Both the position numbers and the translations under genes were made by a program. From a virus (lineage: Duplodnaviria; Caudoviricetes), in IMG/VR virus record IMGVR_UViG_3300042294_003360, positions 1-53,973 of that record: a stretch of DNA of 53,973 bases; one strand, 5' to 3'. The notes below the pieces were generated by a model. That model saw nothing but the letters and a program-made list of their open reading frames with translations, was not told the DNA's origin and searched no databases. Positions 26,101 to 34,300 of the stretch are shown in pieces (position 1 is the first letter of the stretch; each line of letters opens with the position of its first letter).

Positions 26101-28160
26101 GAAGACACCAGCTGCTGAGACAGTTTGTTTGCGCTTATGTCCTCAACAAGCCTGACAACGTTTGGGGCAACCTGACGCTTGAATGCGTCGAATACTTTTT
26201 CATCTTTGAATATCCTTTCCGTAAGAGCGTTCAGCGAGCCTACGGTGGTTGCAAAGATCTTTCTCTTAGCGGGATCGTCGGGGAACAGAGACAAAGCGTC
26301 CATGTCGGCAGCATCGTAGCTGCTTGCAAAAGCAACAGCGGCACCGGCCACGTTGTACATGTCTGCCATGGTCAATCCGCCGGATACGGCAGTGGAAGCT
26401 ATTGACTCTGCAGCACCGCCAAGTCCAGTGGCGGCAGCCGCCTTAGTGGGCATGGATGCGATACCAAGCGATCTAGCACCTTGGAACAGACCGCCGCCAA
26501 TGCCCCTTGTCATCAAAGCCTGATACAGAACCTGACCGGCCAGTCCGAAACTTCCGTCTATTATTTCGCTAGGCGTTGATCTGACATTGGTGAAAGTCTC
26601 AAGGTCTGCCTTTTCGTTCAGCTCATCTACAGTCAGATCCTTTTTTGCGTTAAGCTCCTTCAGTCTGTTGACATCTGCAGGGTTGGCTCCGACACCTTCG
26701 TATCTTGTCTGGAACGGACGGTCTAGGGTGTTCTTGGCTATGTCCGACTCTGACATCTGACCCCCGAGCCGGTTCAGGTAGTTTACCGTCTGAAAGTTCG
26801 TGGTCTCGAACTGCCTGTACAACTGATTAATTGCTCCGGTCTGAGGGATCTGAGATAGAAACCCTCTCTTGCCCTTGATGTGTTTCTCGTACACAGACCT
26901 GTAGTAGTCCGGCAACTGTTGGGATGCCTTGTCCAACTCTTCGTCGGTGGGGTTTCTGTTTAGCAGCCAGTTGCTTGTAGATATCTCTCCGCTCTTGTAT
27001 ATCTCTGCGCCGAGTCTTCTGTAGGTTTCCGCTACCGCCTTGTCCGGTGACCTGTCGGTTATGACGTTCTCCTCCTCTCTGATGTTCGCCAGCTGATTGA
27101 TGTCGCCTGCGTTGGCGTACTTGATGTTCACCCCCACCTGCATGAGGTCGCTGTCAACCGCAGTCTGAAGGTTGGCCTTGCTCCTCATCTTATACAGATC
27201 AGGGTTGGCGTACTTCATGTACTTCAGTCCAACGTCCTTCGGATCTATTCCCGGTAGCTTAGCATCCAGAGATGCAGCGGCGGCAGAGACACCTACGATC
27301 GCCTTTTCTATCCGATCGTGTTTGGCCTTTAGTTCTGCCAGTTCTACCTTGTACTGATCTTCGTTCTCCCTGTATGGCTCAAGCTCAAATCCACCGATCT
27401 CCGCCATAGCGGAAGTACCCCTGTACTTTATCGGATATTTTTTTTCAAGATCGTCAGATGACTGCTTCTTTATTTTCCTGAGATTGTCTGCAACAGACTG
27501 TGCGTAAGAGTCATCGCGCAGCATATCCCGGTTGAGATCCGGGATAAATGACTCGGCCAAATCAAGGGCCTTGCCGAAGTTTTCCCTGTGTGATTTCGCC
27601 GTTTGTAATAGACTGTTCTCCTTGTTGTTCACAAGGAACTGGTCTATCTCGACCTCATTTATCGGCGTCTTCGGATCAATCGTCTTTGCGTCCGGGGGGG
27701 CCATGATCTGCTTGGCCACTATGGGTGCAGCATCAGCCACATACTTCAGGTCGCCCTTTGATATTACTCCGGTTCCACTGTACTTCTTGGCTATACTTGC
27801 AACCTTCCCCTCCCGGGACTGGTCGATCTTAGCCATCTTTTCGTACTGACCGACAAAATCTGGAAGGCCGCTCTTTGTTTTAAGCGTCAGAGCGTCTTGT
27901 GCGGCGGAGTCGTACTGCTGGACTATCTGATTGTAGTCCATGCCCTTGATCTGCTGGTGCCTTCTTGCTTTTTCCTGCGGTGACTGAGATGGCAAAGGAA
28001 GCGGAGCGGCTACTCCACCATCTTTTTTTTTACCAAACAACTTGACAAACTCTGCAGAATACTTCATCACATCCTGCTCTGTCGCCCCTTCTTTAAGCAT
28101 AAGCCTGATGTTGGAATCAAGCTGTTTCATTCTGGACTGGTCAAGAATGGATACCGGCAT
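17184..28160 (-). CDS. Giant polyvalent virion/ejection protein (two ART-like domains, two HExxH motifs, LPD38-like C-terminal region)
   Basis: Two VRTxEFKNWFGDW...GEPMVVYHG modules, WHEAAH and AHEIGH motifs, LVPFSNAAVQG and IPKPFELG. Start taken at MPVSILDQ. Confidence 0.8.
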   Translation of the reverse strand: MPVSILDQSRMKQLDSNIRLMLKEGATEQDVMKYSAEFVKLFGKKKDGGVAAPLPLPSQSPQEKARRHQQIKGMDYNQIVQQYDSAAQDALTLKTKSGLPDFVGQYEKMAKIDQSREGKVASIAKKYSGTGVISKGDLKYVADAAPIVAKQIMAPPDAKTIDPKTPINEVEIDQFLVNNKENSLLQTAKSHRENFGKALDLAESFIPDLNRDMLRDDSYAQSVADNLRKIKKQSSDDLEKKYPIKYRGTSAMAEIGGFELEPYRENEDQYKVELAELKAKHDRIEKAIVGVSAAAASLDAKLPGIDPKDVGLKYMKYANPDLYKMRSKANLQTAVDSDLMQVGVNIKYANAGDINQLANIREEENVITDRSPDKAVAETYRRLGAEIYKSGEISTSNWLLNRNPTDEELDKASQQLPDYYRSVYEKHIKGKRGFLSQIPQTGAINQLYRQFETTNFQTVNYLNRLGGQMSESDIAKNTLDRPFQTRYEGVGANPADVNRLKELNAKKDLTVDELNEKADLETFTNVRSTPSEIIDGSFGLAGQVLYQALMTRGIGGGLFQGARSLGIASMPTKAAAATGLGGAAESIASTAVSGGLTMADMYNVAGAAVAFASSYDAADMDALSLFPDDPAKRKIFATTVGSLNALTERIFKDEKVFDAFKRQVAPNVVRLVEDISANKLSQQLVSSKVKDIVKAGFEFVKLTGIENLKETTEEVATSVGTSTAKLLLAPAKFEMSEAVKDAVDTAAMMFSDGWLVAAFAGAGRYRANNVGIPALSQLGVTKGMTESVKSLINAQVLAGNMTTQEAVEKMRVVDVVSQTNAVDMDYIMRDTGIRGRAAQKYSIALANEKLLMQQMNTTQDAALKSQLQSRIKESENLRKQILNREVFIDSNYRALTPEQATREKKQMEDAIKENIRQQQEGGAGGGVVQPERAQEGQPEVGQGEGGVGQTPVAQADAGDRTVSREGRVREVRRQIANLSDQRLADIEAVNQEDIPEDQKQQRIADIEREYSGKVDPLRAEIGESQAEAQQFGSDIDRTLEQTIPLVSQSLASTAIEYQVVEDDAEMTRLVGKPAEGAFVSHLGKVYINKARLKTAIDAKIVVWHEAAHPVMNILMNTNRPLYDRVIRGMQEAAKKNVQINRAVLWAKAGYEGKSEQEQFGEAMVETVARIGAGMIDPSTLDTGFRQTIIDFVNKIAAILGIKPILKNTDLAEFKRVASDVADALKTGRDISEIVGAENVMEFSNVAYNSAANSPNPDGSVDFDTAVQLKVGEGASSPSDGGWLTRDKMVSPEEISKYSISRIVFYDNTKVGGIQLKNRLRPNLVSSAKGMGGFGYSYQEEAINTKSLLAFTNVASAIQLVNRARLYPDSAMGVAMQNPLTAHLGNITTRDILWGPSGQFQISVRNSKDIKRVVSIFSDTLDALRSSITNSSDISAIDRAKEKMKPVRTIQDLYKNVISGMSFGIRNQIHSLMLQDKPTKITKSTRESHVFLHYDLGIPTLSEISDAISEDYFKNAETGDIIKYVKPFTDKIIYTSSREIFDQYKGKELGDGYVMEFIDGMPSHESYPIIVKGENIGVGEKYFGANDVFDSVREKGVSKKQSFYPVGRMKAEAPAGQIPSGAKTYGEPVGVQMSVGNRQLIIDQAKADGTYLKAPNGQQTNLTEDQWVTVRTPEFKNWFGDWENDPANASKVVDENGEPMVVYHGSSNSFDTFMSSKAEGWGEGIYFASNVEDTKEFGEKMYEVFLNIKKPITDSNISSISEDVEKTKAWEIESKNRGSWDSDNNISYLDYRTEEEENIDLVNKAWRELGYDGIMFEGSNNISGFEIVAFNPTQIKSATENIGAFSTTDPRIQMSVGGRNLVGQINWEKSPEGKGDPSISARSPIVTKAAQDLSTGKITNDEYRATVSANSPITPITRFFEPATEDEVSRALDKNQALKANSPIDDGTMVGLRLDIPAYKNNNTWVVSVHEGDTKAGKSISYRNVARITDVRFGVEPKASLAIAAGTAKAPINRIYGKWKNIPGASMTEQAENAKKIVQDIVDDPAYVQVGMNPFRHSYFYDRNTDMGRPIVSAEEVIQVGGLVYAKNPVYGKWTDQAYSVKGLFDAAGARVQFSAGNRGLVVRSLSRVDPVKKQELKKMSEPSAVTAGDGWMFFRMPDGTYQDAMGDSYDSWEDLKKVGEDNGLELRLSTPEEIIKKRNQDKYEDGNGLEESENEIFQKEFNSKMEVWNFFNDEGLNRLGYDSPMEMPEVDRQILAALVRKGVEDFERQELSTLADAYELIGNSVDESIADAYLKAKADGSNPEFVSQVESAIGGTQASVGNRNLDRIISDSKAAGTYMKAPNGKPTNLTESQWATVRTSEFKNWFGDWEADPMNASKIVDENGEPMVVYHGTDETIDAFDTKKQKDRRWGRGFYFTTSQDEASTYGRNVIPVFLKAESMSDMTVGGPQGRRIGDGDTWAMKGRISRDAGIVYMVKSPTQIKSATENVGAFSTTDPRIQMSVSQEKSRVTDYVKGQKQKGMTQEEIEKDLMDRLGMEPIAARLFATDPDVWGGSITNESFMGGSGSRFSPRNIPVAPVPGAKRKMLKDIVFDLSKGLNQKISYGKSKRALGSYNPSLKLVRISFNNDLPTTAHEIGHSIDDEFSVMAEIEADQAAVAELNQFAVFGSKPPANHPDPAAYIRGEGFAEFMRAYLVNPDATVVAAPNIARIFNQVVPDATRENLKAFSDDIRGWAGMSGIDRIMSNVQMDPEKLPGTLAQMFKKKKSGNFSISYWDRLGTAFLDEFYIFDNAIKHLMGIRGMDTIVPKNDPEILLRLLGGFDAKFGDMMENGLIDSTFERVLDSGNVMNVSWLLDPIADYNSNGRVVAMDGEVLKDRMNAMVALMVAERTVELGFRFKRADILSGIGGGIFTDFETAEEAINQIRLRADYDKLVEAVRRYREMSDAVLRYMVDKGRLAYDEYDADGNLIGGYLFIKQNNLHYVAMNRIQETEPGQIIESKFGSPKNLGSKDEVLMAIQGSTKTIQNPYVSMFDNVYRGYREADRNEVLLNFRNLLVDPRMMGQGQPNRMSDIGYLVSGPGKDVVTVFVNGKPEYWKFHTDVANAIKGIGEASYNLPPLLTALPRMLRWTVTNFPVFAMRNIVRDTQHRIIISNEGNLFDQVRALVYSKDEHDKAARSGALNSGMYFKSKEMYYSLLKDAEQKISKAGTIVTTKEYLPKIWTKYQNFLYRSENANRIAEYKNAYDKAIKEGMDPVSATVLASSKARSLIDFAVAGRHMKWINQLVPFSNAAVQGLRSAYKRVTESPGSFVARTALFTVLPQVALWYLNHSDEDDEKEYEDLLDYQRDMFYNFKVGDVWMSIPKPFELGVIAASIDRALSYVNGREKAFDGFGGTIAKSMFMFEESDLAGPYQKIIEVQANYDFFREKNIISPYEYQLDIEERKGTTTASNLGKFISGAVSVFKETDPRMVDFFIKGQFSYFGNLAIKASNLGEIDARTKFGLNDTGFAKEFSAYSSKSLQDLFKFAKGKGVANSKPFKTFNDKVEFYFTIEDKAERARYGRDLIDEAPRVKQELEQYIKDKKDKEAKEAALGLDEPAILEFRKFAKDNKLTGTKIYKSFNAEVDKAMDITDPMALEQSKRELVDLSKSLTESLKQWMQENR

Positions 28161-28170
28161 TTTGTATTGT

Positions 28171-29244
28171 TTACTTGAAGATCGGTAAGCCTGTAGCAGG
28201 ATCAATCCCCATAAATGTTCTGGTTGTTGATTTCTTTTTGGTTGTTGTTTTTGCAGCAGCCCTAGGCTGTGCTGGCTTGGCCTTCTGCTGCGTTACGCCA
28301 AGATCAAACGATCCGACCTTCACAAGATCAATCTGATCAGTCAGGTATTTCCTTCGGTATAGGTCGACCGCCATCTCATTGTTAGGGTCTATGTACGACT
28401 TGTCCGAAGGATCTTTGCCAAAATTGTTCAGCATTATTTCATTCATCGCCCCAGCGTCGATCCACGTCTTCATGACAAAGTCAAGATCAGACCTCTTGTT
28501 GTTGTAAATGTACTCAAAAACATCTGCACGGACAAGTCCGTCGGCATCCTTTTTAAGGACAGGCTTTTCAGATTTAACGCCAGTCTTTTTATCGACAACC
28601 GTTTCGAAGTCGTATATCCATGGCATGGTAGACCTCCAGTCAGAAGCTTTCTTTTCAAGGCCGGTTGGATTCATGCTAGAGCTTCCTGCGGAAGTGTACC
28701 TTGGCGCCTCCTTCATGATCTGAAGGAACCTGTTAACTCCGAGCTTATTGTCAACTATTACCCCGGGATCTTTTTTTATGGCATCGTTTATGAACGCGAT
28801 GGGATCGGACAATTTTTCCGGGTCCATAGCATTTGTCGCAATGTATCCGGACAGTATCTGAGAAGCCCTACCCTTTTCTATTCCGAGGTTTGGCGCCATC
28901 TTGTTGATGTATTCCATCCCATGATCACGGAAGTTCTTTATCGAGTTCGACTTTACGTTGAGGTCATTAAGGTATTCGGCGGCAATTCTTTTGGCATCCG
29001 CCAACCCAACCCTTCCCGGTCCGACCGCCATGGTCAGATCGTTTACGTACTGCCGGCCAAGTCCGTCAGCTACCACCCGATCCAGATTCCTGATCTGCCT
29101 AGCAAAGTCATACGGTATGGCCGACGCCGCCTTCTGGTCGGCAATCTCCGCCCTCTGCATGAGGAGATCCTGCCTGCTTTGCATCTGCCTAAGACTAAGC
29201 AGGGCCTGTGCGGGAGCGTCACTGTATTGAATGGGTACCGGCAT
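28171..29244 (-). CDS. Putative internal virion protein
   Basis: 357-aa ORF between the pilot-like and giant proteins. Confidence 0.65.
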   Translation of the reverse strand: MPVPIQYSDAPAQALLSLRQMQSRQDLLMQRAEIADQKAASAIPYDFARQIRNLDRVVADGLGRQYVNDLTMAVGPGRVGLADAKRIAAEYLNDLNVKSNSIKNFRDHGMEYINKMAPNLGIEKGRASQILSGYIATNAMDPEKLSDPIAFINDAIKKDPGVIVDNKLGVNRFLQIMKEAPRYTSAGSSSMNPTGLEKKASDWRSTMPWIYDFETVVDKKTGVKSEKPVLKKDADGLVRADVFEYIYNNKRSDLDFVMKTWIDAGAMNEIMLNNFGKDPSDKSYIDPNNEMAVDLYRRKYLTDQIDLVKVGSFDLGVTQQKAKPAQPRAAAKTTTKKKSTTRTFMGIDPATGLPIFK

Positions 29245-29245
29245 G

Positions 29246-30046
29246 TTATCTTCTGAGTAGTGTGTTTACGTCTGGTCGACGGGTGGCCTGAAGAATACCG
29301 GGCAGACTGGATAGGCCAACACCAAACGACCTTCCCGGGGCTTGCGGCCTGAGGGCGGAAGGAAGTTGCGCCATGGTTCCCATGCTATAGGCGGACTGGG
29401 GAGACATTCTCTGCGGAAACAAGGAAGATGCTTGGGATGTAGCCATGCCCTGAGTTAATCTAGGGATGTCCACTATGTCCGCAGATGGCGCCCCCCTGCC
29501 GGGCAGAAACTCAGAACCGGCGATCATTGAGGTTGCAGCATTCTGAACCCCACCGATTATGCTTTGCCAGCCGGCGTTAGCCATGGCCTCCTTCATCTGC
29601 ACATCCTGCAGCCTCTTGGTTTCGTCCAGCTCCCACTTCATGCCCTCCTGCTGCTGCAGGTTCTGCTCGGCTCCGAACAGTGTGGCCAGCCTCTGCTGGT
29701 ACATCTGCTGCTCCTGCATGGCCTGCTCTGCCATGGCTTGGTTAGTTCCCGCCTGAAGACCTGCAGCCGCCGCAAGGGCCTGAGACGAGCTCTGAGCGGC
29801 CCTCTGTGTGCCGGCCATGGCACCGGCCTGAGAGGCCAGAAGACCGCGCTGCTGGGCAGCTGCTCCCGGTACCCGGGCGTTGAGCTGGGCCTGAGCCAGA
29901 CCCTGCATCCTGCGGGCGCCTTGGGAAATCTCAAACGGCTTGTACTCGGCGGGCTTTATCTTCTTGGAGCGACTGATGTCCGATATGCCTTTGACGATAC
30001 CGGTAGCCGCCCCTATCCCTGCCAAAACCAATCCACCTAGTGGCAT
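29246..30046 (-). CDS. Putative ejection/pilot protein
   Basis: Gly/Ala hydrophobic N-terminus and A/Q-rich coiled coil, as in podovirus ejection proteins. Confidence 0.65.
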   Translation of the reverse strand: MPLGGLVLAGIGAATGIVKGISDISRSKKIKPAEYKPFEISQGARRMQGLAQAQLNARVPGAAAQQRGLLASQAGAMAGTQRAAQSSSQALAAAAGLQAGTNQAMAEQAMQEQQMYQQRLATLFGAEQNLQQQEGMKWELDETKRLQDVQMKEAMANAGWQSIIGGVQNAATSMIAGSEFLPGRGAPSADIVDIPRLTQGMATSQASSLFPQRMSPQSAYSMGTMAQLPSALRPQAPGRSFGVGLSSLPGILQATRRPDVNTLLRR

Positions 30047-30438
30047 AGTACTGTTATTTTGTTTCCTTCGTATTCTACTTCCTTTTCAACCCGCATGCCC
30101 ATCTTCTTGAGCCATCCTATACCCCTCCTGTTCTTCGACCAAAGCATGCACTCAAATGTTCCCCCGAGCTCGGCCACTATCGCATCCCAGAACTCGGCCA
30201 GCCGTTCGGGGGTCCTGCTCTTCCTGTTCAGTCCGAAGCTCACCAGAGTCCCCGGCATGTAGCAGAAGTATCCATCCGGCAGCTCAACGAACTTGAACTG
30301 GTACAGGAGCTCGTACTCAACGAGCTTTCGGTAGATATCCTCCACCACCTCGTCAATAAACCTCACCTCAACCGTCGGGTCATAGAGCTTTACAATCTCA
30401 TCGTCACCTTCAAATGCCGTATGGATTGACTGCTTCAA
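30037..30438 (-). CDS. GNAT-fold-like virion morphogenesis protein
   Basis: LWSKNRRGIGWLKKMGM matches the GNAT N.RA..WL...G motif. TTG start inferred. Confidence 0.55.
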   Translation of the reverse strand: MKQSIHTAFEGDDEIVKLYDPTVEVRFIDEVVEDIYRKLVEYELLYQFKFVELPDGYFCYMPGTLVSFGLNRKSRTPERLAEFWDAIVAELGGTFECMLWSKNRRGIGWLKKMGMRVEKEVEYEGNKITVLCH

Positions 30439-30440
30439 AG

Positions 30441-31310
30441 TTACTGAATTGTTTTGTGACCACGGCTTGCTATGAACCCAATGTCCACCGTTCTCAGGAC
30501 CCTTATCATCGCAGCCAGTTGGCTCCATGTGAATTGGAACAGGGAGTAGTTCCCGCGCATGGGATCACCCTTGACCTCCTTCTCGTTGGCCGTGCCGGTC
30601 GCGTTCGGACTCAGCCTGTCCCTCTTGATGGACGCGTAGACCATGTCCTCCCGGAGGCGGAAGTCGCCGTCTCGGTTCTGCGGGAAGTCCTCGTAGGGAT
30701 CGTAGGTGTTGTGGACGAGTGAAGAGGACTGGGGGTGGTTCGGCTCGGTTCGGATGTGGACGCCGCAATATACCCCCGAGTTGTTCATCGCCAACCCGGT
30801 ATAGACATTCGTCTGTGCCGATGCCTCGTTGTGGACAAATGCCAGCACCGAGTCGTCGGTCGTCTGACCATAGAATGAGTTGGCCGGGCTGTTGGAAATC
30901 GCCGTGTAGTACACGTACTCCGTGGGTGCGATGTGAATGTAGGGCTTGCCGTTCTTGAACGTGACCAGCCTACCCCCGACCATGCTCATCCACTCCGGCC
31001 TGTAACTGTACCTGCTCGTCCACCTGTCAATGTTCCTCTGAAACGACCAAGTACCCCCCGAACCGTCATACGCATCGTAGTAGGATCTGGTGAACTCGGT
31101 CAGGGTTATGTCCTGTGAAACAGTAACAATTTGGCCGGTCTCTATAACCGCATCAGTGGTGTCGTTCGCCACGAAGTACCCTATGGCTCCGGTCCCAAAC
31201 ACGAGTTTCCCACTGTAGTAGACCTTTACTCCGGCAGGGGCGGTAATCTTGTACAGGCCGTCTGGCCTGATATTCGGGAGCGATATGGTAGTGTAGAATG
31301 GCATCAGCAT
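30441..31310 (-). CDS. Tail stabilisation/nozzle protein, C-terminal part
   Basis: WTSRYSYRPEWM...TFKNG..YIH...NSFYG, recalled as the C-terminal region of crAss-like tail stabilisation proteins. Confidence 0.6.
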   Translation of the reverse strand: MLMPFYTTISLPNIRPDGLYKITAPAGVKVYYSGKLVFGTGAIGYFVANDTTDAVIETGQIVTVSQDITLTEFTRSYYDAYDGSGGTWSFQRNIDRWTSRYSYRPEWMSMVGGRLVTFKNGKPYIHIAPTEYVYYTAISNSPANSFYGQTTDDSVLAFVHNEASAQTNVYTGLAMNNSGVYCGVHIRTEPNHPQSSSLVHNTYDPYEDFPQNRDGDFRLREDMVYASIKRDRLSPNATGTANEKEVKGDPMRGNYSLFQFTWSQLAAMIRVLRTVDIGFIASRGHKTIQ

Positions 31311-34300
31311 TGATCTGCGGACTCACCGATAACCGACCCGTCTGCCGGGTTGATGTCCCAGTTCCGCCCGTTCATAAAGATGTGGGTGTAGCCCAGTAGC
31401 CTTGTAGGAGACGTGGTTCGATTTATGAAAACGATAGACGCCGGGCCGAAGGTCAGTGGGTCGTTGTACGAGTACAGGGTTATTGGGAACCCGGTAGCCA
31501 TAGAGCACGACTCTGAAACGCTGAGTCCGTATCCGCTGCCCGGGTACCAGTATATGGTAGGCGTACCCCCGACCGGCAGCACTTGGCCGCTGACCGTGAC
31601 AGTCGCAGACGCGCCGCCTCCGGAAATGGATATCTCCTGCAGGCTGTAGTTGCCCTCCGGTTTACCCGCCCTAAGCCTGACCCATACCTGATTGCTTGCC
31701 AGTGTATTTCCTCCGGTATACGCGATGACGGCGCTCGATGTGGTGAATCCGCCGGGACCGGGCCCAACTGTTGATATCTCGTAATCGGTCGGAGGGATAA
31801 TGGTGATGTTACCCGAAGACGGCGATAGGGACGATACGGAGATTGTAAACAACTCGGCCGGCGCACTCGGCCCGGACCCCTCGGTGTACGAGAATCCGCC
31901 GATGGAAAGTCTCGATGGGGTTATTGAAGGGGTTACGGATACGGACACCGTACCCGAAACGGACAGGTTTGCCGAAGCCCCGCCACCGACAACGGTCACG
32001 TTTGCCGCAGCCACGGATCCTGCAAGTATACCTGCCTTCATCCTGACACGGAAGTTTCCGGTAGCGGAGGTATTCAAGTATGTGAACGTTATGGAATTCC
32101 CGAAAGTGATGTTGTCCTTCGATACCTCGAAGGCGCTTGGAGCCGTGATGGTCACGGTACCGTTGATGCTCAGATTGGTACCACTAAAAGTGAACTGCTG
32201 GCTGGTGGACGGACCCGAACCCTGCTGATAGGTGAACGGGGTGCTTGACGGTGTGACCGACATGGCAGCTGCCGCCGTGGTAAACGGATAATTCCAAGAA
32301 CTAAGCGGCATGTCCTCGAGGACCAAGTTCTTCGGCTCGAGATACATCCTCGGCATCGAGGACAGGTACTCCTCATGGAACGGATCCGCACCCCCGAGCA
32401 CCCGGATGGGCAGGTTTGGATTGGCGAGGTTGTACTCTGAAGGGTTCTGCAGGTACTTCATTATGTCCTGACCGCACTTCTTGAAGTACTTGGTCATCTT
32501 GTAGGACGAGTAGGGGAACAGGCCGTTCACGTTGTACCTCACCCAAGATCCTGCGTTGGCGTCAAAGAACATCACCTCACCCTTCCACTTGAAGACGGAT
32601 TCGGGATTGATTGTTCCGTAACTTCCCCTCAGTATGTTGATGGTTCCTATGATGCCTGTCGTGGTGGCAAGGAACGCCTCCCCCGAGCTGTCGAGTATCT
32701 GGGCCTCCCCAATGTACACACTCGCAGTCTCCTGCTCTCCTATCGCCAACAGGACATTGCCCTCTGCGTTGACCTTTGTGGACAGGATGAGCCTCTGTAT
32801 CTGCTTCATCTCTATCGGGAGATTGTTCGTGTCGAGAGCGTCGAATGTGCTTAGGCCGTTTATCTCCGTGCCCTGAATGATCTGATTCGAGTACGAAACA
32901 CCTGTCGGCAGACTTTCCTGACCTGCCCTGACGACCGATGACACACGACCGATGTCGGTGTTCCAGTTCTTCCACAGCTTGTCATTGGGACTCATCACCT
33001 CTGTCAGGTATGCGCCTCTGGACAGAAGGTATGTGTCGCCACGGAACGAGCCGGTCACCACGCTGTAGCGTCTGGTGTTCAGTCCGGGGTTGTTTATCTT
33101 GTAGACCTGACCCACCTCGAAGTAAGGCTCTACGTCAGACCTTACATAGGGCGTGTAGATTTCGAACAAGATGTCCTTGGAAGTGCTGTCGAGGTTAATA
33201 AGGTCTGCGATGACATAACTCCCGGTCTGATCCTTTACCGCCAATGTGTATGGTGCAACCACACCGGAGACGTAGAGCTTGACCAAGTCGCCCTCCTGAT
33301 ACTGATATCCGAGACCCACACTGAACAGGCCGCTGATGTCTATGGCGACACCGAACGCGCCGGGAGTATGCGTGTCGCTCGGGGGATCATACTCACCCGT
33401 CTCTGCGTTCTTCGATATGTACTTGAGCTTGGTCGGAGAACGCAACTGCTGGAAGAACGATGTCCTCAAGCACTTGGTCCTGACAACAGCATAGTGGGTA
33501 GCCCATGTTGGAATCTCCGAGAACTGCAGGTTGTCGAGAGACCAGTTTATCTCCCGGACAAACGAGACCGTATCATACGCCCTGTCCGGTATCGCCCTGA
33601 CTGCGTTCGCGTTTGTGACGACACCGGACTTTCTTCCTGCCTCGTCAAAGAATACCACGCCCGCCCTGTATGATGAGTCGGTCTTGAATATCGGGGTGTT
33701 CGCCAGCGAGGAAGAGGTGATGCCGGTGATGGTTATGTCTGCGTCGACATAGTACAGCTGGAAGATGTCCTGCGGCTGGATGCCAAGGTATGCAGCGATT
33801 GCATTTATGTTTGCTCCGACAAGGTTCAAAGAAGCGAACGAAGCAGATGTCGGGAAAGCACTCGGGTTCGGCTGCGTGGCAGGCTCGTAGTATCCGGGTT
33901 CTGCAGGGTGTGCAACATCGAACAGGTAGACGTAGTACTTTGTGAGTGTCACTCCGTCCGCCCTGTAGATGATCTTGTACCACTGACCGGACACCTGAGA
34001 CGATCCGGCCACGGCCGAAGACAGTGTCAATGATGTTGAGGTTGGGGTATCGTATCCGTCCACATTGTTGCCCAAGAACAATCGGTTCTTGACGACCTCC
34101 AATGTCTTGGACCTTACAGGGATTGAGTCGAACTGCTTTACGGATGTCGCATTGTCAACCGCCACACCTACCGAGTCGTTGTAGAACTTAAACGACAGGG
34201 CTGTCACTCCGTTGTTGTGCGTGTCGAATCCGCTATCGAATGTTTTGATGACGAACACATTCCCCCCGAGCACATACCTTACCGCAACCTCCACGTACTT

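Noticed and set aside
17184-28160. Giant protein as a crAss-type virion RNA polymerase
   Set aside because: I found no DxDxD-type polymerase catalytic motif in a plausible context. The motifs match polyvalent-protein domains instead.
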